DNA of 64,000 nt from an uncultured Chloroflexia bacterium (GTDB lineage: Bacteria > Chloroflexota > Anaerolineae > Anaerolineales > DRKV01), in assembly GCA_963824065.1 (NCBI GenBank), contig CAWGNX010000002.1, forward strand, positions 575,366-639,365. Direction: 5' to 3'. How positions within the stretch are numbered: position 1 is the stretch's first letter; the number at the start of each line of letters is the position of its first letter. Below are positions 58,052 to 64,000 of the stretch, piece after piece. Made by a program: the position numbers and the translations under genes. The notes beneath the pieces were generated by a model. It did no database searches and was not told the origin of the DNA. It worked only from the letters and a program-made list of their open reading frames with translations.

Positions 58052-59296
58052 ATGGGATATACCGTGATTCGTAATGGGACCTTGATCGATGGGAATGGCG
58101 GCCCGCCGCTGAAAGACGCAGCCGTGCTTGTCAAGGATAACCGCATTCACCAGGTTGGCCCTGCCAGCCGCATCAGCCTTCCGAGCGTCACCGTTAAGGA
58201 GATTAATGTCCGCGGTGGGATGATTTTGCCTGGATTGATCGATACCCACGTGCACATGATGCTCGAGGAAATCAACCTCGCCAGGGTAATGACTACGCCA
58301 TTTTCAATGCGGTTTTACCAATCTGTGCAGTACATGCGCCGCACCCTCGAGGCCGGTATTACAAGTGTGCGGGATGCCGGCGGGGCGGATGCTGGCTTGA
58401 AACAGGCGGTAGAAAGCGGGCTGATTGTTGGGCCGCGCTTGCAGATCTCGATCGTTCCGCTGACAATCACAGGTGGCCATGGCGATGGTTGGATGCTATC
58501 CGGAGAGGAATTTCACCTGCTGCCTGCCTGGCCTGGGATGCCTGATGGGCGTTGTGATGGCGTGGAGGAGGTGCGGAAGAAGGTGCGCGAAGTTCTACGG
58601 GCAGGTGCGGAAGTCGTCAAAGTCCATGCCACCGGCGGTGTACTCAGCCCGACCGATCACCCAGAATTTACCCAGTTTTCGCTCGAAGAGCTGCGTGTGA
58701 TTGTGCAGGAGGCTTCCTTCCGGCGCGGTGTGCGGGTGATGGCGCATGCTCAGGGTGCCCAGGGGATTAAAAACGCTGTCCGCGCAGGGATCCACTCCAT
58801 CGAACACGGCATTTTTCTGGATGACGAAGCGATCGAACTGATGTTGGAAAATGGGACATATTTGGTGCCCACCTTGCTGGCTCTGGTCGCGATCCTTGAA
58901 CAGGGTGAAAAATCGGGCATGCCAGAATATGGGCTGCGTAAGGCGCACGAAGTCAGCGAAGCGCATGCCGACAGCATCGCTCGGGCCTATAAAGCAGGCG
59001 TCCGGATTGCTATGGGCACTGATGCGGCAGTCATGCCGCACGGTACCAACCTGCGCGAGCTTGGTTTGATGGTCAGAATAGGGATGACCCCCATGGAAGC
59101 CATTGTTGCTACCACCCGAACAGCAGCTGAGTGCCTGGGCTGGGAGGATCGGGTTGGGACATTGGAGCCGGGCAAACTGGCGGATATGATCGTGGTGCGC
59201 CAGGATCCGCTCCAAGATGTTCGCATCCTCGAAAATCCAGAAAATATCGCCCTCGTAATGAAAGATGGCAGTGTATTTAAAGATCTCCTGAATTGA
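58052..59296 (+). CDS. amidohydrolase-superfamily metallohydrolase (Xaa-Pro dipeptidase / imidazolonepropionase-like)
   Basis: ATG at 58052 after GGAGG. 'PGLIDTHVHM', 'VKVHATGGV', 'VMAHAQG', 'HSIEHG' and 'AMGTDAAV'. Confidence 0.88.
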   Translation: MGYTVIRNGTLIDGNGGPPLKDAAVLVKDNRIHQVGPASRISLPSVTVKEINVRGGMILPGLIDTHVHMMLEEINLARVMTTPFSMRFYQSVQYMRRTLEAGITSVRDAGGADAGLKQAVESGLIVGPRLQISIVPLTITGGHGDGWMLSGEEFHLLPAWPGMPDGRCDGVEEVRKKVREVLRAGAEVVKVHATGGVLSPTDHPEFTQFSLEELRVIVQEASFRRGVRVMAHAQGAQGIKNAVRAGIHSIEHGIFLDDEAIELMLENGTYLVPTLLALVAILEQGEKSGMPEYGLRKAHEVSEAHADSIARAYKAGVRIAMGTDAAVMPHGTNLRELGLMVRIGMTPMEAIVATTRTAAECLGWEDRVGTLEPGKLADMIVVRQDPLQDVRILENPENIALVMKDGSVFKDLLN

Positions 59297-59595
59297 TTGG
59301 TAAGGATGACATTTATCTCAGTAAAAACTGTAATTACACAATAGTAATGTGCAGGGTTCTGTGCGAGGATGGCTTTCAAATTTTAACATCGCGAATTAAT
59401 TAACAGCGCCAGGGCGCATTTCATTTCGAAGGGAACCAGGCAGTCGCCATCCCGATGCGCAGCGAGGGATCCCATTTAGCCAAATATCTCCGGCAGATTG
59501 CCTGCATGGCAGACGGTCGTGCAAGGGATCCTTCAATCCGGTAAGAAGCGCCAGGGTTCGGAATGACAACCGGGAGTATTTTCAGGAGACCTGCA

Positions 59596-60348
59596 ATGAG
59601 CACGACGACCTTCCCAACCCAAACAGGAATCACCCCCGCGCCACGCTGGGCGTGGGTGATGTTATTTTCCCGGCTGTTCCTTTTTTTAGTCATGCAGGGT
59701 ATCTTCGCAGCGGTTCTCTACCTGGCGGGTGCGGCCTCCGGCTGGGACGCCTCCGCTGCGTGGTGGCCGATCACCGTATCGCTCGTGAATTTTATCTGCC
59801 TTTTCCTCCTGGTCAGGTTGTACCGCGGTGAAGGAAAACGGTATTGGGATCTCTTTAAATTCGATCGCGCCTACTGGAAATCGGATTTGCTGGTCATGGC
59901 AGGCGTTTTGCTGATCAGTGGTCCGATCGCTTTCTTGCCCAACAGCATGCTCTCAAAGGCAATATTCGGCGATCCGCAGGCCGGAAACAACTTGTTCCTC
60001 CAGCCGCTGCCGTTGTGGGCAGCCTGGGTGACCATTCTGTTGTTTCCTGCGACCCAGGCGCTGGCCGAGCTGCCGAATTACTTCGCGTATGTGATGCCCC
60101 GCCTGGAAAGCCAGACCGGCAGCAAGCTGCTGGCGATCGCTCTACCTGCGCTGCTTCTGGGTCTCCAACATCTGGCAGCTCCCCTGTTGCTCGATGGGCA
60201 GTTTATCGTCTGGCGCGGTCTGATGTTCATGCCGTTTGCATTTCTGGTCGGTTTGGTATTGTACTGGCGACCCAGATTGTTGCCGTATCTGGTTGTAGTG
60301 CATTTCTTGATGGACCTGGCGACGGCAATTTTGCTGCTGACCTTATGA
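59596..60348 (+). CDS. polytopic membrane protein, possibly a divergent CPBP (CAAX/Abi-type) intramembrane protease
   Basis: ATG at 59596 after AGGAG, about 7 TMs. 'LGLQHLAAP' and 'VVVHFLMDL' resemble CPBP motifs 2 and 3, but the EExxxR motif is degenerate ('AELPNYFAYVMPR'). Confidence 0.5.
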   Translation: MSTTTFPTQTGITPAPRWAWVMLFSRLFLFLVMQGIFAAVLYLAGAASGWDASAAWWPITVSLVNFICLFLLVRLYRGEGKRYWDLFKFDRAYWKSDLLVMAGVLLISGPIAFLPNSMLSKAIFGDPQAGNNLFLQPLPLWAAWVTILLFPATQALAELPNYFAYVMPRLESQTGSKLLAIALPALLLGLQHLAAPLLLDGQFIVWRGLMFMPFAFLVGLVLYWRPRLLPYLVVVHFLMDLATAILLLTL

Positions 60349-60419
60349 GCACCGACAGGTAAGACCGCCCGTATCCTTTTCTGTTGGCTGGCATGTCCTA
60401 AGTCATCGCTTTTGTTCGA

Positions 60420-63398
60420 TTATCCCGGCAGCTCTAAAACCCGGCGATTCAATGCTACCTTTTGAATGAAGTTCTGGCGGTCGGTGGGATCGCTGATCCT
60501 GTGTGTACGTGTATTCAGGACCTGCCGGGTAAGGTTGGCGATATCCGCGGCTGTCGGGCAGCCGGCTTGCCAAGGTTCGGCATTCTCCATGGAATGGATG
60601 GCTGTGTATAAATCCAGATAGGCTCCAAGCGGCAGGTTTTCCAGGGTATTTGGCTGTTCTACCAACTGGCATGCCAGCTCACTAATCCGCTTCCCGGCTG
60701 CTGGATTGTTCTGTTTCTGGGAGCATGTTGCCAGCCCGAGCTGCGCTTGAAAGCCTCCAGCCTCATCCCCGAGAGACTGCCACAGGTCCCCGGCGCGGGC
60801 GAACAGCAGCTGTGCCTCGGTATGTTCTCCTAAATTAAGCATTGCTTGGGCCATGAGGTTTAATGCTGTACCTTCTCCGTACCGGTCGCTCGTTTCCAGG
60901 GCGACAGCCAGTGACTGCTCAGCAAATTTTTTCTGCAAGTCCGGACGCCCGCCGGATTGAGCCATGGCAGCGAGGTTCCCCAGGATGATTCCCTCCCCCA
61001 TGCGAAAGCCTGTTTCCTGAAACAAGGCCAGGGCCTGGCGAGCAAAATCGCCCGCCGCATGCAGGTCACCCAGCATTCTGGAACATTCCGATAAATTGGC
61101 AATGGCAATCCCGGCGCCAGAGCGATCACCGATCTCCACAGCCAGTACCTGGGCTGCTGTGAGATGCTGGCGGGCCAACGAGTAATCTCCGATTTTAAAA
61201 TAAATTTCCCCCAGGTTAGTTAGTGCGGTGCTCTCTCCTAACCGGTCGCCAATCTGCCGGGCGATTTCTAATGCACGCTGATAATCCAAAATTGCATTAT
61301 CAGATCTACCCTCGTCGCGGGCAATAACCCCCAGATTGCTCAAGACCGACCATTCGCGGCGCGGGTCGTCGAGCTCGCGGGCGACCTGCAAAGCCTGCTC
61401 CAGATAGGGCTCGGCGTTGGCAGGTTCCCCTTCACTCCAATAGGTCATTGACAGGTGGTTAAGTGCTTGGACCAGCCCCTGCGGGAAATCCGCCTGTTCC
61501 GCGAGGCTTACGGCTTGTTCTAATTGACGGCGGGCTTCATGCACATTTCCGCGCAGCCGCAGCGCCTGCCCGATCAACGTCAGGGTATTGACATGGAGGT
61601 GCACCACCTGTGGATCATCGGATCGCAGCACTTCCGTCCGCTCTAAAATATTTTGGCATAAATTGACTGCCTGCTCCATGTTGCCGGTGTCAAAAGCGTA
61701 CTGAGCCTGCAGCAGTTCAGCCGCTGCCAACCGGAGTGGATCATCCAATTTCTCTGCAATCTTGAGCAAGGCCTGCAGGGCAACTTGCTGGCTCGCTCGT
61801 TCTCCTAACATGTCGTATACCTGCACGCGCGTTTCAAGTAAATCGTACCGGTCAGACAGGCGGTTTGCAGCGAGCAAGCCCTCGGCTCTCACCAGGAATT
61901 CCAGAGCAGTTTGGTGGGCGAACTGGGCTGCCGACTGCCGCCCGGCTTCCAACAGATAGGTGGCGGCTTTGTCACTGACTTGTGCCATCTCATAATGATG
62001 AGCCAGCTTAACAGCATACGAGGCTGCATATTGCCCATACATCTCCTCGAGCACCCTGGCGATTTCTTCGTGCAGGTATGCCATTTCAATCGTGTCGAGG
62101 TTTTCATACAGGTACGTACGGATGAGAGAATGGCTGAACCGGTAGTTAGACAGGCGCTGACCGCCAACGTGCGTTAAGCCAGCGCTTTCGACCAGCTGGT
62201 GGATGCGCTGCAAATCACCGCTCAGTTCGCGAATAAGCTGCCGTAAATCACGCGATAGGATGGCTGCCAGGACTTCGGCGGTGAATTGTTCGCCTTCAAC
62301 ACTGGCAGCTGCCAGTTCCTCGCGAATGGGTGCAGGCAGTCGGCCCAGGCGTTCTTCGATGACTCCCTCTACTCGAGCCGGAATGCGGCTCCACTCCAAC
62401 CCGCTGCCAACCTCCCAATCTCCCGCCTGGTTTTTAATCAGACCACCATTTTCGCGCAGATCCCGGATGAGCTCAACCGTAAAAAGAGGATGACCGTTGG
62501 TATGCGAATACAATGCCAGGCGAAAATCCTCGCCCAGGATGTTCGCATCGCTGTCGAGCAGGGCATCGACGAACAACCGGCCGCGCTGGGCTGTCACTCC
62601 ATCCAGGTCGAGCAGGGTGTCGCCAAAATATCGTTTCAGTTCATTGATCAGCTTTTCGAGGGGGTGTCGTTCACCGCTGGCAGCCCCGCCAAGCTCGTCT
62701 GGGCGATACGTGCCGATGAGTAGTATCCGGCTGTCTTCCAAGCGCCGGCACAGGCGAAAAAGTAGATCCAGGGAGGCTTCATCCGCCCAATGCAGATCAT
62801 CCAGAACGAGGACGAGCGGGATTTTGGACGCAATTTTTTTGAGCACATTGATGTACTGCTCGAAGACCTGATCACGCGTCAATCCGCTGGCATTTTTCAG
62901 ATCGCCCCGCACTTCCTGGCGACCGACCCGCTCCTGGAATTTATCCAGCCAGCCAGCCTTTTCGACGGCAAGGCGACCCACCTGGGCTAAAAATTTACCC
63001 CCAGGCAGCACCATGCCAGCCAGGTCTGGCCCAACCGCCAGAACAGCCTCCATCGAAAACAAGGCAACACTTTTCATTCGCCTGGAGAGCGTCTGGTCCG
63101 TACCAGCTGGCTGATTCAGGGGCTCTGCCGCGGCCATCAGTTTTAGCAGGATTTCACGAAAGGGGAGGTAAGGATCCTGGGAACCTGTCTGTGGGTCACA
63201 TATGCCGACTGCCAGGGCCAGGTTGGGGTGATTTTCCTGGGCCCGGCGGGCAAATTCCTCCACCAGGGTTGATTTTCCCGCGCCAGCTTTACCCGCCACC
63301 AGGCGAACCTGACCCTGCCCCTGCAGCATGGACTGCAGAGCAGATTCCAGGAACGCCAATTCGGCAGCGCGCGCGACGAAGTGGGGAGCGTTTTCCAT
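60420..63398 (-). CDS. AAA/STAND NTPase with a long TPR array (no recognisable effector or HTH domain)
   Basis: 992 aa. 'FVARAAELAFLESAL', Walker A 'GKAGAGKST', Walker B 'LVLVLDDLHWADEASLDLL', then more than 10 TPR-like repeats ('AL.NLG..Y...GDY..A...'). Confidence 0.85.
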   Translation of the reverse strand: MENAPHFVARAAELAFLESALQSMLQGQGQVRLVAGKAGAGKSTLVEEFARRAQENHPNLALAVGICDPQTGSQDPYLPFREILLKLMAAAEPLNQPAGTDQTLSRRMKSVALFSMEAVLAVGPDLAGMVLPGGKFLAQVGRLAVEKAGWLDKFQERVGRQEVRGDLKNASGLTRDQVFEQYINVLKKIASKIPLVLVLDDLHWADEASLDLLFRLCRRLEDSRILLIGTYRPDELGGAASGERHPLEKLINELKRYFGDTLLDLDGVTAQRGRLFVDALLDSDANILGEDFRLALYSHTNGHPLFTVELIRDLRENGGLIKNQAGDWEVGSGLEWSRIPARVEGVIEERLGRLPAPIREELAAASVEGEQFTAEVLAAILSRDLRQLIRELSGDLQRIHQLVESAGLTHVGGQRLSNYRFSHSLIRTYLYENLDTIEMAYLHEEIARVLEEMYGQYAASYAVKLAHHYEMAQVSDKAATYLLEAGRQSAAQFAHQTALEFLVRAEGLLAANRLSDRYDLLETRVQVYDMLGERASQQVALQALLKIAEKLDDPLRLAAAELLQAQYAFDTGNMEQAVNLCQNILERTEVLRSDDPQVVHLHVNTLTLIGQALRLRGNVHEARRQLEQAVSLAEQADFPQGLVQALNHLSMTYWSEGEPANAEPYLEQALQVARELDDPRREWSVLSNLGVIARDEGRSDNAILDYQRALEIARQIGDRLGESTALTNLGEIYFKIGDYSLARQHLTAAQVLAVEIGDRSGAGIAIANLSECSRMLGDLHAAGDFARQALALFQETGFRMGEGIILGNLAAMAQSGGRPDLQKKFAEQSLAVALETSDRYGEGTALNLMAQAMLNLGEHTEAQLLFARAGDLWQSLGDEAGGFQAQLGLATCSQKQNNPAAGKRISELACQLVEQPNTLENLPLGAYLDLYTAIHSMENAEPWQAGCPTAADIANLTRQVLNTRTHRISDPTDRQNFIQKVALNRRVLELPG

Positions 63399-63463
63399 TG
63401 CCAGAGCAGCCTACCGGGCCAATCCGCTGGTACAGTTTTGTCCGGTGGCCGAAAGCGGGTGGG

Positions 63464-63736
63464 TTATGTTTTTACAATCGTGCGATCTGTTTCCGGGCCA
63501 GTCTTTACGATCGTCCGATCTTCTTTTGGATCGGTATTCGTTGGATTGGCGACCGGTTCCACCGTGTCGTCTTGAGCGGGGGCAACTGCCCCTGATACTG
63601 GCTCATCTGAGGTTGCTGCATTTGCAAAATAATTGACACGAAACAGCTGTGCAACGGCTCGTCCCAGGCTCGCCAATAAACCTGTCTGATGAATGTGGGT
63701 AGTGCTAATGCTACTTGCTGCCATCCTTGCCTCCAT
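63464..63736 (-). CDS. small hypothetical protein with duplicated C-terminal DRTIVKT heptad
   Basis: 90 aa, directly upstream of and co-directional with the STAND gene (65-nt gap). It ends '...KEDRTIVKTGPETDRTIVKT*', encoded by a 27-nt-period imperfect direct repeat at 63467-63520. I recognise no family. Confidence 0.4.
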   Translation of the reverse strand: MEARMAASSISTTHIHQTGLLASLGRAVAQLFRVNYFANAATSDEPVSGAVAPAQDDTVEPVANPTNTDPKEDRTIVKTGPETDRTIVKT

Positions 63737-63895
63737 GCGCGCTCACCTGTATATGTTCTATCTGCCTGATTCCTAGGTGGCGCATTTCCTGGATAGGATT
63801 AAATTCTGACCGTTCCTATCTACATCTATTGTAGCAAAGATTTGATAACTGGGTGTGTTGATTTCGACATTTCATCACAATCAATGTTAATACCT

Positions 63896-63933
63896 AAAAA
63901 AAGAGAAAACCCGGTGCAAAATTTTGCACCGGG
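63896..63933 (-). terminator. rho-independent terminator (minus strand) for a transcription unit entering from the right edge
   Basis: Perfect palindrome CCCGGTGCAAAA/TTTTGCACCGGG (63910-63933). On the minus strand it is followed by TTTTCTCTTTTTTT (63896-63909). Confidence 0.6.
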
Positions 63934-64000
63934 CCACAGCCGCTCTGCTTGCCGCGAGTTTGTTTGCAGGTAATATCGATTATTGCCCTAGATTTTGTAA

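Noticed and set aside
59421-59693. 90-aa minus-strand ORF upstream of and overlapping the CPBP-like gene start.
   Set aside because: It overlaps the better-supported plus-strand start (AGGAG + ATG at 59596) and has no family resemblance.

Overview
This 64 kb window looks like chromosomal DNA from a moderately GC-rich bacterium. GC was judged by eye at roughly 55-58%, with patches near 45%. There are no rRNA or tRNA genes and no CRISPR array. I infer a monoderm Chloroflexota (Anaerolineae-like) host from gene content: Thr/Pro-rich linkers in secreted proteins, a CSLREA-type beta-helix protein, a sortase, many SpoIIE/STAS partner-switching genes and large AAA-TPR regulators. All family names come from motifs read by eye, because no searches could be run.

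Layout:
- 1-10.7 kb: one long minus-strand carbohydrate-type operon. It carries a DeoR repressor, SgcQ/BtpA, a TIM-barrel isomerase, an MBL hydrolase, a Gfo/Idh/MocA dehydrogenase, an FGGY kinase, an M42 peptidase and a Dpp/Opp-type ABC importer.
- 11.1-14.6 kb: a cluster of sortase, secreted protein, an LIPETG-anchored Thr/Pro-rich surface protein and an orphan response regulator.
- 15.3-20.1 kb: a DUF4242-like protein, a CSLREA beta-helix exoprotein and a frameshifted LuxR-type STAND regulator.
- 20.7-24.3 kb: a partner-switching module made of a membrane SpoIIE phosphatase, an RsbW-like kinase and two STAS proteins.
- 24.4-34.4 kb: a disulfide-less flavoprotein reductase homologue, a frameshifted P450, glgP, a 2-hydroxyacid dehydrogenase, and a lysyl-oxidase-like gene broken by an in-frame TAG plus a frameshift.
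- 34.7-39.7 kb: a GAF-SpoIIE phosphatase, then an unusual feo operon in the order dtxR, feoB, 8-Cys mini-protein, feoA.
- 40-64 kb: two GT-C-like membrane proteins, a tandem USP and a DUF1269 protein. Next comes a prokaryotic pentameric ligand-gated ion channel with a duplicated PPC-like N-terminal module. An alkyltransferase-like (ATL) gene follows, with an IS630-family element inserted exactly at its stop codon. The rest is housekeeping or accessory enzymes and a 992-aa AAA-TPR STAND protein preceded by a small repeat-tailed ORF.

The items most worth follow-up are the multidomain pLGIC, the sortase/LIPETG cluster, the variant feo operon, the decayed LOX-like gene, and the overall clustering of gene-disrupting lesions.
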